A DNA stretch of 63,340 nt, filler included, from Octopus bimaculoides (GCF_001194135.2; 8 parts of 6 records of this genome joined end to end with filler, not necessarily neighbours in it), one strand, 5' to 3'. Positions 23,610 through 37,912 are shown, counted from the first letter of the whole stretch. The notes: a model not told the origin generated them from the sequence alone. Numbers and translations: made by a program.

Positions 23610-23995
23610 TTGATTTCAAATTTTGACACAAGGGTATAAATTTGGGGGTTAAGTCGTTTACATAGACCCCCCAGAGCTCAATTGATACTTATTTTATCGA
23701 CCCTGAAAGGAAGAAAGGTAAAGCTGTCTTCGGAGGAATTTGAATTCAGAACAGATACTCAGAACGAAATGCCACTAAGCATTTTGCCCGACATGTTAAC
23801 GATTCTGCCAGCTCTCCGCCTTAATTATATGAAATATTGGAAATATGACTGTTCAAATTCTGCCGAGGTTGACTTTGCCTTTCATCTTTTCGGGATCGAT
23901 AAAACAAAGTACTAGTCAAGTACAGGGGTTGATATACTTGACTTACTCCACTTCCTAAAACTGCTGGTAATGTGCCAAAATTTGAAACAAATATT
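23610..23995. mobile_element. Divergent pair of SINE family A copies (minus 23610-23823, plus 23848-23995)
   Basis: ATCGACCCTGAAAGGAAGAAAGG...CTGCCAGCTCTCCGCC, then GTTCAAATTCTGCCGAGGTTGACTTTGCCTTTCATC. Confidence 0.8.
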
Positions 23996-24258
23996 ACAAA
24001 CACGGTTTATAGCAGAATCAGAATTTAGATACTTGTTTCTGTGTTCCTCATCATATCAAAAGTTCGAAGTATTTTTGATACGATGAGGGTCGTTACATAT
24101 ACGTTCGTTAATTATAGAATATAATATGCTCATTGTGTATATATGAGTGATAGATATGTTTTGTATATCAGTGTGAGCTTGTAAGTATTCCTCCCATTCA
24201 GACAAGATAAACACAAACATATTCACAAACTTGTACAAACGCATTCACACGCACGCAC

Positions 24259-24311
<53 letters not shown>

Positions 24312-24489
24312 AAGAGAGAGAGAGAGAGGGGGGAGAGAGAGAGGGGGAGAGNNNNNNNNNNNNNNNNNNNNNNNNNNNNNNNNNNNNNNNNNNNNNNNNN
24401 NAGAGGGGGAGAGAGAGGGGGAGAGAGAGGGGGAGAGAGAGAGAGAATGCAATACAACACAACACGACATAACACATAAACATTCAGCA

Positions 24490-24610
24490 AATAGCAACTC
24501 TGAATCAGTCATGCAAATAGCACGAACCAAAGGAGTCATCACATGGTCGCTCGACCTACAAGATATAGCAGTCAAACCTTCCTCAAAATGACACGTTACC
24601 ATCTTAAATG
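24490..24610 (-). repeat. Interspersed repeat family E (fragments also near 1040, 5690, 9500, 12965, 15005, 53020)
   Basis: Shared motif approximating AGGGTGTAATTTGAGGGAGATTTGGCTGCTATTTCTAG..GGTCGAGCG. Confidence 0.6.
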
Positions 24611-24719
24611 CATCTTGTTGGATAATGTTATCCTGCATTCCTTACACAAGAAAAAACGGGATGGTACGGTTGGAAAATTTGGGATCAGAGCTGACCCGAT
24701 ACTAAGCTACAATAACAAC

Positions 24720-25250
24720 AATAATGGATCAGCTTTAACTATCTTGCTGATATATACTCCGTCAGAAGATCAAAAGTTGTGATCCACCAAAGTCCGCCAC
24801 AACCAACAGTTGTACAGAATAAGACTGGACAATGGAGAAATACTAATCACAGCGACTCAGAGACTGGTACTCGTGTTGTACAGGTGTTTATCCCGATAAT
24901 CCAATGGCGTACAGATCTTTCAACAAATGATGATCTCATTTGTTATCCTCTCAACTGAAAATCCTATAACGATAGACGAGTGGCAATGTATGCAAACTAA
25001 TTGGAAACGCACGGTAAGTTACAGCTTTTGCCTGCCACCTATGCCTCAAGCCATGCAGATCTACAACATGACTGAATAGTCATCTGTGAAGTTATGGATG
25101 GAAAATCAGAAATGCTATGGACAATGAGGAAGCACAAGCAGACGGCAATCATCTGTGATATATACAATACTGTATCTTATAAAGCATTAAGTGATGAGGT
25201 CTTTATAGTAAAGTCCCCCTACCCACCAGAATGTAAGCATGGTACATCAA
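24720..25250 (+). mobile_element. Very decayed LINE reverse-transcriptase remnant (CR1/L2-like)
   Basis: Ordered broken motifs TSGNVCKL (cf. YRPISLTSxVCKL), KPCRSTT*L (cf. GFRxGRSTxTQL) and KQTAIICDIYNTVSYKAL (cf. DxxKAFDTVSH). Confidence 0.35.
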
Positions 25251-25665
25251 ACTCATAGGTTTTGTATTCTGTTCCAGTGACTCCCAACGAACTATACACC
25301 TGCTCGATCAGGGTTTATAACAATAATAGCACTACTTAGCTTGCAAGGGGATAAACTTATTTGCAAATTAGGATGACTTTGACGACTTCTCTTAACCTTA
25401 ACCTAACGCAGCATGGCAACTGAAATAACTATGTATGTCGAGATATAATTTTAAAGCAGATAGTCTTGTTCGGGATTATAACTTCAGACAACCCTCCAAA
25501 GTTCTTGTTAGTATATTACGGCTAAGCACAATTTTATGAGACCTATCGTACCAAGAGACGATCGCTACAAAGGACCGGTTCTAAAATCTCGGTGAGCTCT
25601 CAAATACGATCTTTTGCATACCAATCTCTCACAAATACATACATACATATACATACATACATACA

Positions 25666-25701
<36 letters not shown>

Positions 25702-25849
25702 TNNNNNNNNNNNNNNNNNNNNNNNNNNNNNNNNNNNNNNNNNNNNNNNNNNNNNNNNNNNNNNNNNNNNNNNNNNNNNNNNNNNNNNNNNNNNNNNNNN
25801 NNNNNNNNNNNNNNNNNNNNNNNNNNATATATATACATACATACATACA

Positions 25850-25885
<36 letters not shown>

Positions 25886-26344
25886 TAATATTCCATTTAC
25901 AATATATATATGTAGGTGTGGATGTGAGGGGATATTAACTGACACAAACGCATACACACATACATACGAAGAAAAAGAAAGTACCAGAACTAGATGACAA
26001 AAGGGAAGCAAAAGAAGAGAGATGTGAGAATAACAAAAGATATACATATTCACATACACGCGCGCGCATGCACGCATGAACGCACGCACACATATGCATA
26101 TACAGACAAACTGAGAAAGAAAAAAGGAAATGGAAAGAGACGTGAAAGATAAAGTTAGAGAAGATTGAAAAAAGAAAAAGAAAGGAAGTGTGACAACAAT
26201 AAAGAATATCGAGATGCAGGGAAAGAACGAGATTAGAGGAATAAAGAGAGAGATGAAGAAAGATGCAGAAGAAAAGCGTAAGATTTCCACCCGGTAACAA
26301 GAAAGTATTTAATGCGCCAGGGTAAAGAAAAATATTGGCTCATA

Positions 26345-26454
26345 TGAAGAAGAAGAAGAAGAAGAAGAAGAAGAAGAAGAAGAAGAAGAAGAAGAAGAAG
26401 AAGAAGAAGAAGAAGAAGAAGAAGAAGAAGAAGAAGAAGAAGAAGAAGAAGAAG
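26345..26454. repeat. (GAA)n microsatellite
   Basis: Pure GAA run. Confidence 0.98.
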
Positions 26455-27185
26455 GCTGGGGAGACGAGGAGAAGTTGGCGAAAGGGAAGTGCGGAGTCTC
26501 TTGTTTGACCAACAGAAGAACATCAATTATGTAAGAAGCACGTAACTGAATGGAAGAACGAATGCAAGATATGCAGAGAACAATAAGTATGATAATGATG
26601 TAGATGTACAGCGTAGAGTTTCACTGTTTAACAACGTGACAAATTGTAGCAGACGACTGACAACATAAGTCTGTTGTTAAACTAACCAATCAACGAACGT
26701 CTTTTAAAAATCGAAGGCTGGTGAGGTACTGGGAGAGTCGGGGACAAAAACATTGTTGCTGTTGCTGTTTTGCCGCTGTTGTTCATATTGATTGTTTTGT
26801 TGTTGACTGAGAGACAGAAGAGTTTGACTAGAGGTGAGTATCGAAAAGAATATTTGAGAGAAACAAGCAGAGCGAAAGAGAGACGAAAAGAAGATGAGAG
26901 AGACAGTGAGAGAGAGAGAGAGAGAAAAGAGGTGAAACAGAAAGAGACTTTATGTGTATTCATGAAGTTTCTTCTGACTGTGTTTATGTGTGTGTGTGTG
27001 TGTAACTAGCAATGTGTTAGAATGGTAGGAATGAGAGAATATCGCAGAACATTCCAAAATATCATCGAATATACACTGACTGATAAAGAATTTGAGATGA
27101 AAGACAGAAAAAGAAAATAAGACTAGAATGAGAAAGGCGTGCTCTTCTCAACTGCTATTATTATGCATATATTATACATACATAT

Positions 27186-27223
<38 letters not shown>

Positions 27224-27569
27224 NNNNNNNNNNNNNNNNNNNNNNNNNNNNNNNNNNNNNNNNNNNNNNNNNNNNNNNNNNNNNNNNNNNNNNNNNNNNN
27301 NNNNNNNNNNNNNNNNNNNNNNNNNNNNNNNNNNNNNNNNNNNNNNNNNNNNNNNNNNNNNNNNNNNNNNNNNNNNNNNNNNNNNNNNNNNNNNNNNNNN
27401 NNNNNNNNNNNNNNNNNNNNNNNNNNNNNNNNNNNNNNNNNNNNNNNNNNNNNNNNNNNNNNGTATACATATATATATATATATATAAACAATATATGAG
27501 TATATGCATATATATGTACATGTATGTATATACGTTCATCTACATGTACATATAGATACATAACTGGGT

Positions 27570-27835
27570 ACATGACGTGGCAAAAGAACAAGGACAAAAT
27601 GGTAAACAAGGTGCAACAAACAAGCAGGCCACATAGAAACATCCCCTTCATCAGCTGCCACCATTAAAACTCCGGCGTTTCGAAGAATTAAGGCAGTACG
27701 CATCGTTAAAATGGTTCTTCCCACGAACACAAATTAAATTGTTTTCGTGGAGGGTAGTGGCGGACGGAAAACAAGACAGGAAAACGAAACAGTGAAATAA
27801 ACAAACAAAAAGGCCGTACAGCCAGACGTGAAGTG
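27570..27835. repeat. Unclassified repeat-like segment
   Basis: GC-richer block between microsatellites containing CCCCTTCATCAGCTGCC...CCGGCGTTTCGAAG; single copy in window. Confidence 0.35.
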
Positions 27836-28187
27836 TGTATGCATGTATGTATGTATGTATGTATGATTGTATGTGTATAAATATCAGCATATACTCATGT
27901 GCGTACGCGGAAGCGATCAAACACACATACTCTAGCATGCATATAAATAAATACATACTTATATACAGAGATACGTACATATATATTTACAGACACAGAT
28001 ATATTTGTGAGTGGGTGTATTTGTTTACATGTGTATATGTGTATGTGTATTGTGTGAATGCATACGCGTATGATTATATGGATACACATTTACTTACTTG
28101 TGTATGTGTGTACCTACAACATACACACAGATATTCATATCTAAAGACATATACAAACAGATACATAGAAGTACATATACGCATGTT

Positions 28188-28247
<60 letters not shown>

Positions 28248-29460
28248 TGTGTGTCTGTCGACAATTTAGAGAGTGGATTTATGACTGAAAATATTTATTA
28301 TTTGTTTCTTCATGCGTATCTCTGAATTAAATTATAAATATTCTAACTCCTAATCCGTATGTTGAGTACTCTTTCCTTTCATCTACCCAACTACATATAT
28401 ATGAACAAAATGTGTGTTTGTGTTTTCAATATATATACATATACATGTGCATGTGTGTGATATATCTATCTATCTATCTATCTATATANNNNNNNNNNNN
28501 NNNNNNNNNNNNNNNNNNNNNNNNNNNNNNNNNNNNNNNNNNNNNNNNNNNNNNNNNNNNNNNNNNNNNNNNNNNNNNNNNNNNNNNNNNNNNNNNNNNN
28601 NNNNNNNNNNNNNNNNNNNNNNNNNNNNNNNNNNNNNNNNNNNNNNNNNNNNNNNNNNNNNNNNNNNNNNNNNNNNNNNNNNNNNNNNNNNNNNNNNNNN
28701 NNNNNNNNNNNNNNNNNNNNNNNNNNNNNNNNNNNNNNNNNNNNNNNNNNNNNNNNNNNNNNNNNNNNNNNNNNNNNNNNNNNNNNNNNNNNNNNNNNNN
28801 NNNNNNNNNNNNNNNNNNNNNNNNNNNNNNNNNNNNNNNNNNNNNNNNNNNNNNNNNNNNNNNNNNNNNNNNNNNNNNNNNNNNNNNNNNNNNNNNNNNN
28901 NNNNNNNNNNNNNNNNNNNNNNNNNNNNNNNNNNNNNNNNNNNNNNNNNNNNNNNNNNNNNNNNNNNNNNNNNNNNNNNNNNNNNNNNNNNNNNNNNNNN
29001 NNNNNNNNNNNNNNNNNNNNNNNNNNNNNNNNNNNNNNNNNNNNNNNNNNNNNNNNNNNNNNNNNNNNNNNNNNNNNNNNNNNNNNNNNNNNNNNNNNNN
29101 NNNNNNNNNNNNNNNNNNNNNNNNNNNNNNNNNNNNNNNNNNNNNNNNNNNNNNNNNNNNNNNNNNNNNNNNNNNNNNNNNNNNNNNNNNNNNNNNNNNN
29201 NNNNNNNNNNNNNNNNNNNNNNNNNNNNNNNNNNNNNNNNNNNNNNNNNNNNNNNNNNNNNNNNNNNNNNNNNNNNNNNNNNNNNNNNNNNNNNNNNNNN
29301 NNNNNNNNNNNNNNNNNNNNNNNNNNNNNNNNNNNNNNNNNNNNNNNNNNNNNNNNNNNNNNNNNNNNNNNNNNNNNNNNNNNNNNNNNNNNNNNNNNNN
29401 NNNNNNNNNNNNNNNNNNNNNNNNNNNNNNNNNNNNNNNNNNNNNNNNNNNNNNNNNNNN

Positions 29461-29498
<38 letters not shown>

Positions 29499-29868
29499 TA
29501 TATATATACATACATATAGATATACATATATATGCATATATATACATATATATACCTATATCTATGCATATATATGTATACATACGTATATGTATATATA
29601 TACGCATGCATCTATGCACGCACGTATGTATATATGTATATATGTATATATGTGTGTGTGTAATCTTCAAAAGATCAACAAGAAACTCGGTGTTAAATTT
29701 CACTTTACATTATTTTGTACATTATTTCTTGCATTGAGTACTATCTTTTCTTCTTCGTGTTTACGCGTCTGTATACATATATATACACGCACACGTATAC
29801 ATATGTCCATATACATTCATATACATACATACAAACGCATACATATACAAATATACATATATACATTT

Positions 29869-29931
<63 letters not shown>

Positions 29932-29989
29932 TATATATATATATANNNNNNNNNNNNNNNNNNNNNNNNNNNNNNNNNNNNNNNNNNNN

Positions 29990-30001
29990 TTAATTAATTA
30001 A
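29990..30001. other. Artificial scaffold-join spacer
   Basis: TTAATTAATTAA inside a 100-bp N gap. Confidence 0.95.
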
Positions 30002-30123
30002 NNNNNNNNNNNNNNNNNNNNNNNNNNNNNNNNNNNNNNNNNNNNACATACACACACACACACGCGCGCACTCACTCGCACGCACACACACACACACGCT
30101 CAAACATAAAGACACACACAGAC

Positions 30124-30168
<45 letters not shown>

Positions 30169-30327
30169 CAGATAGATAGGTAGAGGCTACTAGCCGCAAA
30201 TCTTACAGTTTCTTCACAGTTCATAAGTAGAGACGTTCCACGTCTCTTTCTACAGTCAACAACAAATATATTCAAATATTATATAGTACTGCCATAAATG
30301 AATCTTCTTTCATACAGAATGCTCATG

Positions 30328-30668
30328 TGGAAGCGCAATGGCCCAGTGGTTAGGGCAACGGATTCGCGGTTTCGATTCCCAGACCGGGCGCTGTGAGTCT
30401 TTATTGAGCGAAAACACCTAAAGTTCCACGAGGCTCCGGCAGGGTGAACCCTGCTGTACTCTTTCACCACAAATTTTTCTCACTCTTACTTCCAGTTTCT
30501 NNNNNNNNNNTCGTCCTATTCTGTATCACGCTGAATCTTCCCGAGAACTACGTTAAGGGTACACGCGTCTGTGGAGTGCTCAGCCACTTGCACGTTAATT
30601 TCACGAGCAGGCTGTTCCGTTGATCGGATCTTCTGGAACCCTCGTCATAGTAACCGACGGAGTGCCAA
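30328..30668 (+). mobile_element. tRNA-derived SINE, family C
   Basis: A-box TGGCCCAGTGG, B-box GGTTTCGATTCCC; tail GAGAACTACGTTAAGGGTACACG...CAGCCACTTGCACGTTAATTTCACGAGCAGG...GACGGAGTGCCAA. Confidence 0.8.
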
Positions 30669-31392
30669 TCACTTTAGCTCATAGAAGACGTATATATCCT
30701 CAGCCGACTATAGCTTAAAAGAAAGCATTACCGTAACAATTTCTTGAGTCATTTCGAATAACATTCGTAAAAATTATAATTTATTTGATCTCTTAATATA
30801 TACAATTAGGCTAGCTTAATATCCGCATATCTATTTGTAATGACTTGCCATTGAATAAACAAATAAACTGTGCGCATTTCTAACGATGACAGAACAGACA
30901 CGAAAACTTAATTAAATCTAATTATTAGAGAGATTGGTTGTAAGAGAAAGAAGGGCATAAGTAGTGTTAAAACATAGCTTCCATGCATTTCACGTGCCGA
31001 AAAACAGTTGCCAAAATATTAGGTATGCAAATTAAGCTTTCGACGATTGTGGTACTAATTTATGAATACATTAGGTAGCAGTTGAAATTTTGATTTTTCA
31101 TCCAGGAAAGAAGTTTGATATGTCTTTTCTAATACGCAAATATTGTGTTCATCGCAGAAAAATGTTTTTAGCTTCAGACCACGGCAAGTGAGTCACACAT
31201 GCGGTGATCTGAAGTAGGCCTTATCACATTCTGCATAGAAACTTATGGTTCAAAAGTTTGATGCTAGGCGAAAAAGTGGTGGTAAACGACGAAACTGAGT
31301 TAGTAAGAAGAGGCGTATGCTGATGGATAGAGTGAAAATGTATACATTACCACATCTATGTGCATGTGTACGTGCATGTGTACGTGTATGTA

Positions 31393-31424
<32 letters not shown>

Positions 31425-32839
31425 TGTGCGTGTGAGCGTTTCTATTTTCTGTCTGTCCCGCAGTAGACGCACACTTTGCATAATCTGAACTCTGGCGTTA
31501 CTGTATGCCATACAAAACAGTCTTTTTGTATCACTATTATTGAATTACTTTTCATCACGAATAAGCCATTTTCTGTTCAAATTAAAACTATTACATCCAC
31601 TCACATATGTTTGCGTATGTTAGAGGCGATGCATGCAAGTGTTTGTCATTATATGTTCCTGCTAAGTGTGTGTGCAATGAGAAATCACAGAAAAGGAATG
31701 CAATTAATAATGTCACTGATTTAAGTTCAAAAAATTAAATTAAGTTATACTTCGACTCTTGCAAAGTTGTATAGAATTTAATAATTGCAGGAAACCTAAT
31801 TAATTTTTTTAATGATTTTGCAAACGAAATCACTTTGATATTTGAATAAAATAGCAAGCATTTGAAGTCTCTAGTAATGTAACTGAAATAGTAAATAAAT
31901 AATTCAAGACAGTGTTTTCATTAACCTCTTGCGACACTTGTAAAAACTGAGGTAGAATGAGTCCTTGAACTTAGTAACTCTGAGATCGAAGTATCAATGA
32001 TAAATTACCGTGATGTGTAAAAATAGACAGGTATCATGAGATCAAAATATATTAAAAAAATATTTTCACAATTTTGATATGGAAAATATCAAATTTTACT
32101 TTTTATAGGAAAGTCAGTGACTATTTTATAAAATTAAAAGTTTACACTTTTACACTGATATACATATATACATGTGTCTGCGAGCGCTCCCTTGCGTGTG
32201 TATACATAAGCCTATAAAAGAAGGCATTGTTGAACGTTATATTTCTCAATTTAGGCATATCACTGTTTGTATTATTATACTTAGTTCTAAGGCGGCAAAA
32301 TGTCTCCAGCCAGAATATTTAGGGGTATTTCGTCTGCCTTTACGTTCTAATTTCTAATTCGGCCGAAATCGACTTTTCCTTTTGCAGTCGGTGAAAATAG
32401 GTAACCCTCTAGTTCTGCAGTCGATATAATAATTTTCCCGTCTTCTCAAATACTGCTGGCATTGTGCCAAAATTTGAACCCATCATTATGTTTAGCTATG
32501 GACTCACTTATAATCGCCAAAGNNNNNNNNNNNNNNNNNNNNNNNNNNNNNNNNNNNNNNNNNNNNNNNNNNNNNNNNNNNNNNNNNNNNNNNNNNNNNN
32601 NNNNNNNNNNNNNNNNNNNNNNNNNNNNNNNNNNNNNNNNNNNNNNNNNNNNNNNNNNNNNNNNNNNNNNNNNNNNNNNNNNNNNNNNNNNNNNNNNNNN
32701 NNNNNNNNNNNNNNNNNNNNNNNNNNNNNNNNNNNNNNNNNNNNNNNNNNNNNNNNNNNNNNNNNNNNNNNNNNNNNNNNNNNNNNNNNNNNNNNNNNNN
32801 NNNNNNNNNNNNNNNNNNNNTGTGTGTGTGTGTGTGTGT

Positions 32840-33045
32840 ATGTTTGTGTATCTGTGTTTGTCCCCCCCCCCCCAACATCGCTTGACAACCGATGGTGCTG
32901 CGTTTACATCCCCATAAATTAGCGGTTCGGCAAAAGATACCGATAGAACAAGTACTAGGCTCACAAAGTCGATTTGTTCGACTAAAGGTGGTGCTCCAGT
33001 ATGGTCACAGTCAAATGAGTGAAACAACTAAAAGAGTAAAAGAGT
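32840..33045 (+). mobile_element. SINE family B, 3' half
   Basis: CTTGACAACCGATGGTG...TTAGCGGTTCGGCAAAAG...GCTCCAGTATGGTCACAGTCAAATGA...(AAAAGAGT)n tail. Confidence 0.85.
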
Positions 33046-34452
33046 ATAGTGTTTATTGTATAAAATGTTGATTTAGAACAACAACAAAAAAAAGAACGAA
33101 AGAATGACATGCATTTATTTCCTCCTCTGTTATGTAGACGTATACAGGGGATATCCCTACACAATTTCTGAATTGGGTGGAATTTGATGTTCCATAATAT
33201 TTTATGTTGATATGTAATGCCAGTCTTACAAGTCAGTTACCAACCTTACAAGTTTGTGTTTATAACATATAACTTGATTAATAAAAATAAAAAAAAATGA
33301 GACGGTAAATTCTATATTTATAAAAATCTATAATAATAAACCCTGTACAAACATGTGGCTGAAAAACATTATATAACATACAAAACAAATATATTTCGTT
33401 CGAAATCCTTCGTAACGGGATCTGAAGCGCTTGTTTACAGAATACACATAAAGTGAATATCCTCCAATAAAGTATAAGGATAATGAATGGAGACAACACA
33501 TTATTTGTTCCGAGCAAAATTTGGACACTAATCCCTATTAAATCCGATTAACCATGTCCAATGCACTTGACATAGATGACGTATAACATATAACACGTTC
33601 AATATTTATCAAATAAATGTTTGAAATACAAGCCTGCATCGATATTATTTAATCGTACTCGGATTGAAATGTTGCCTTTGTCTCTTGAAAGAAATTAATA
33701 TCAGAAAATAGACATACACACTCGCACATTCAAACACGCAAGCGCACGAGTGCACATATATATTTGCTATTAAATTACACAGAGACCGAAAATGAACGAC
33801 ACTCGCCAAAAAAATTATCCTCAGTAAATAGCTCCATTTCAAAACATAAAAACATCCTACAAAATAAATCATTCATCTTCCTAGAATAAAATTGCGAACC
33901 AGCAAGGAGTTCATGTAGATATGTACAACGGCTCGAGAACAGTGGGGGTAAGGGATGCGGGCAGAACTCCTAAAATATTCTGGGGTTGCAGATTCAAAAT
34001 TTGGGCACCTACTTATTTTTTTTCAGGTTTACTGGGTAAAGCGTGAGCTGTGAAAAGTAGGTTGAAGTTAGGTTTATTCTCAAAGAGCAAAGAAGAAAAC
34101 CAAATCAAGGAAAATAAAACAGAAAAAGACCTTTAAAAAACATCTGGACCTGGGTTTTCACCCATTAAGCAAATTTTGCTCCCGAGCCGGTGATTATCTA
34201 CGATCAGAAAAAGAAAATGCAACTAAAAAACTCACATTACTACAGGATCTAATATCTCATGCCTAGTAGCCTAGACGGATCGTTCTCATGCTTTTAACAA
34301 AAGACAGCCTGTGACACCCAATTCGTTTGTATCATTAATGCATACACACAAACAAATGCACGCAGACACGCACACTGGAACACACTCACCCACACTAACA
34401 CGCATGTATATACATAGATACATACATGCACACACGCGCGCGCACACACACA

Positions 34453-34492
<40 letters not shown>

Positions 34493-34738
34493 TACACACG
34501 CACAAACACATATATATATAGGGCAAGATAGAAAAAGAAACGGATTTGTATGTATGTGTGTATATAATCATCAAATGTCTAATGTGTATATGAGGTTAGG
34601 CGGAATTCAACGTATTTTTTCTGTATAACCTCATTTATTTTTCTACAATTCTTATTAGAACTTGTGAATTTAAACACAATTTCCGGACGGAAAGCATTTT
34701 CTCCTGCCAAATATAGAAAATATCGATGCTATTTTAAC

Positions 34739-34779
<41 letters not shown>

Positions 34780-34789
34780 NNNNNNNNNN

Positions 34790-34846
<57 letters not shown>

Positions 34847-34999
34847 ATTATGCATATATATACACGAGTTTTTAATAGATTTTCCTATATTTAGTACTTC
34901 CTGGTGATGTCTTTTCATTCCGAAGCAGCGTATATTTTTTCATCTTACTTGAAGAAAATCACTCATTCACCGAAGTATAGCCAGACTCACATACACACA

Positions 35000-35040
<41 letters not shown>

Positions 35041-35298
35041 ACGCACGCAAGCACTCACACAAACATGCGGACACACACACACAAACAAATATATATGTAT
35101 AAATATATATATATAAATTAATGTATTTGTATATATGTTTATATAAACACATATAAATACATATATATGTGGTTCTTTGTGTGTTTGTATATCTATGCAA
35201 GTAAGTATCTATCTCTGTATATATGTATCCATTTATATATATATACATATATATNNNNNNNNNNNNNNNNNNNNNNNNNNNNNNNNNNNNNNNNNNNN

Positions 35299-35310
35299 TT
35301 AATTAATTAA
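35299..35310. other. Artificial scaffold-join spacer
   Basis: TTAATTAATTAA inside a 100-bp N gap. Confidence 0.95.
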
Positions 35311-36223
35311 NNNNNNNNNNNNNNNNNNNNNNNNNNNNNNNNNNNNNNNNNNNNAATTGTAATTAAAGGAGTATTATTTGAATGAAACTATATGAGAATT
35401 CGGCATCTTAGGCTTTACTAACCTGACCTGTGTAGATACGCAGCCCTATGTAGGATGCCTGGGTTCATTTATGTAATATGAATTTATTCGTGTGTTAACA
35501 TTTATTGAATTTCTCAGATCTAGCGTTTAAATGTTTTGCTGTTTAATTTTGCTTATAATAAACAACATGGCTTTGAATGGCTTATAAGAAATATGGTCTT
35601 CTAACTGTGAAAAAGTGGTGAGATTCTATTTCAAATCTAAGCTTATAGCCCACCTACTTGCACACATTGGAGAACACTTATTTTGTAGTAAAAAAAATAT
35701 ACTCCCGTTTGAGAAAAACTCTCTCATTAAAATATTTGCGAAATCTTTGTGAATTATAAACTCGTATTAATATATGAATACACATTGGTCCAAAAGTATA
35801 TCCATGTGAAATACGATTGAAATTGTTCTGTGTTGAAGAAACCTATACGCGTATTTATTCACTGAATACGTATTGAGAAAACTATATCAATGCGAAATAT
35901 CTAAAGAAACATTCAGCGTTAAATAAACTTAGATATGTAATTTATAACTATGTACAGACGGGGAAGAAATTATCATGTGATATGTGTTGGAAATCGTTTT
36001 CTTGAATCCCAGAAATATACCTTGCAGAATGCTCTATTTACTGTTATTTGTCATTAAAATTTCTTACAAATAGACATTCTCATTAATCATGACAGGAAAA
36101 CCATAAGAGTAAGAACTTTATAGATGTGACAGTTGTAAAACATTAATTTCATTCCAGCCATGTAGTAAAGCAAACATTTAAGGAGGAAATTATTGGTGAG
36201 AAGATTTGTAGATTCTCTATCAA

Positions 36224-36438
36224 TCCTTTCTAATTTTGGCACAAGACCAGCAATTTTGAGGGTAAGGATAGGTCGATTACATCGACTCCAGTATTCAACT
36301 GGTACATATTTTATCGATCCCGAAACGATAAAGTAAAAACGTTTACCTCGGCACAATTTGAACTCAGATCACAGAGAGCCGGAAGAAACGCTGCCTAACA
36401 TCTTGCCAACGATGTGATGATTCTCCAGCTCGCCACCG
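36224..36438 (-). mobile_element. SINE family A
   Basis: TGGCACAAGACCAGCAATTTT...ACCTCGGCACAATTTGAACTCAGA...CCAGCTCGCCACC. Confidence 0.8.
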
Positions 36439-36829
36439 TAACACTATCTTTAGATAAAAAGTATAAAAACAAATAACTAAAAAATATAAGACAGCATATT
36501 ACTATTTGTTCGTTCTCTACGATCTCAGTCCAAATCATGCCGAATAGACTTTACCTTTTATCTTTTCAATCTACTAATATAAAGTACCAGTTCATGACGG
36601 AAGACTCGAGTAGTCGATAGTATCGCATTATTTACTCAGGAGTTTTGGGTCATCAGATTTTCCTTGTGAACTTGAGCACTCACCAGGTTAAACTCCGCTA
36701 ACTGGTTACAACAGTTTGGGCCAGCCTCCAGGATAAGAAAACAGCCTCACATCAGTCTTAAAGGCACTGAAAAAAAAACGATCAGAATCTCTGGGTGAAG
36801 TTCAATTCAATGATTATACACACACACAC

Positions 36830-36861
<32 letters not shown>

Positions 36862-37414
36862 NNNNNNNNNNNNNNNNNNNNNNNNNNNNNNNNNNNNNNN
36901 NNNNNNNNNNNNNNNNNNNNNNNNNNNNNNNNNNNNNNNNNNNNNNNNNNNNNNNNNNNNNNNNNNNNNNNNNNNNNNNNNNNNNNNNNNNNNNNNNNNN
37001 NNNNNNNNNNNNNNNNNNNNNNNNNNNNNNNNNNNNNNNNNNNNNNNNNNNNNNNNNNNNNNNNNNNNNNNNNNNNNNNNNNNNNNNNNNNNNNNNNNNN
37101 NNNNNNNNNNNNNNNNNNNNNNNNNNNNNNNNNNNNNNNNNNNNNNNNNNNNNNNNNNNNNNNNNNNNNNNNNNNNNNNNNNNNNNNNNNNNNNNNNNNN
37201 NNNNNNNNNNNNNNNNNNNNNNNNNNNNNNNNNNNNNNNNNNNNNNNNNNNNNNNNNNNNNNNNNNNNNNNNNNNNNNNNNNNNNNNNNNNNNNNNNNNN
37301 NNNNNNNNNNNNNNNNNNNNNNNNNNNNNNNNNNNNNNNNNNNNNNNNNNNNNNNNNNNNNNNNNNNNNNNNNNNNNNNNNNNNNNNNNNNNNNNNNNNN
37401 NNNNNNNNNNNNNN

Positions 37415-37450
<36 letters not shown>

Positions 37451-37525
37451 CATATACATACATATATATGTGTGTATATATATACACATATATATATGCA
37501 TATATATATATATATACATATATAT

Positions 37526-37780
37526 GAAGGCGCGTGACTTAGTGGTTAGGGCATTCGGTTCACGATCGTAAGGTTGTGTCCTTGAGCAAGACCCTTTATT
37601 TCACGTTGCTTCAGTTCACTCAGCTGGCAAAAATGAGTTGTACCTGTATTTCAAAGGGCCAGACTTGTCACACTCTGTGTCATGCTGAATCTACCTGAGA
37701 ACTACGTTAAGAGTACACGTGTTTGCGGAATTCTCAGCCACTTGCACGCTAATTTCACGAGCAAGATGTTCTGTTGATCG
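37526..37780 (+). mobile_element. SINE with family C tail and a different head and middle
   Basis: CGTGACTTAGTGGTTAGGG...GTGTCCTTGAGCAAGAC...then GAGAACTACGTTAAGAGTACACG...CAGCCACTTGCACG. Confidence 0.75.
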
Positions 37781-37844
37781 TATATAACTAGGTTATATAT
37801 ATATATATATACTTTATTTTAAAGCAGCAGAAATATAACAAAAG

Positions 37845-37880
37845 CTGTTACTCAGTTTCACGTTCCCGTTCGTCGGACAG
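37845..37880 (-). ncRNA. Minimal type I hammerhead, position-4 C variant
   Basis: Minus: CTGT CCGACGA ACG-GGAA-CGT GAAA CT-G-AG TA/ACAG. Confidence 0.65.
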
Positions 37881-37912
37881 TCTTTTTTTCTTTTGTTGTT
37901 TTTTTAACAAAA

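Noticed and set aside
24820-24900. DW...R...WYSCCTGVYPD, resembling the C-loop of nicotinic acetylcholine receptor alpha subunits
   Set aside because: The frame has stops on both sides, lacks the upstream FGSW and downstream TM1 motifs, and the neighbouring sequence fits a decayed LINE RT better. BLASTX would settle it.
27640-27700. Minus-strand GAAA...CTGATGAAGG read as a permuted hammerhead
   Set aside because: No helix I or valid UH cleavage site can be built in this copy.
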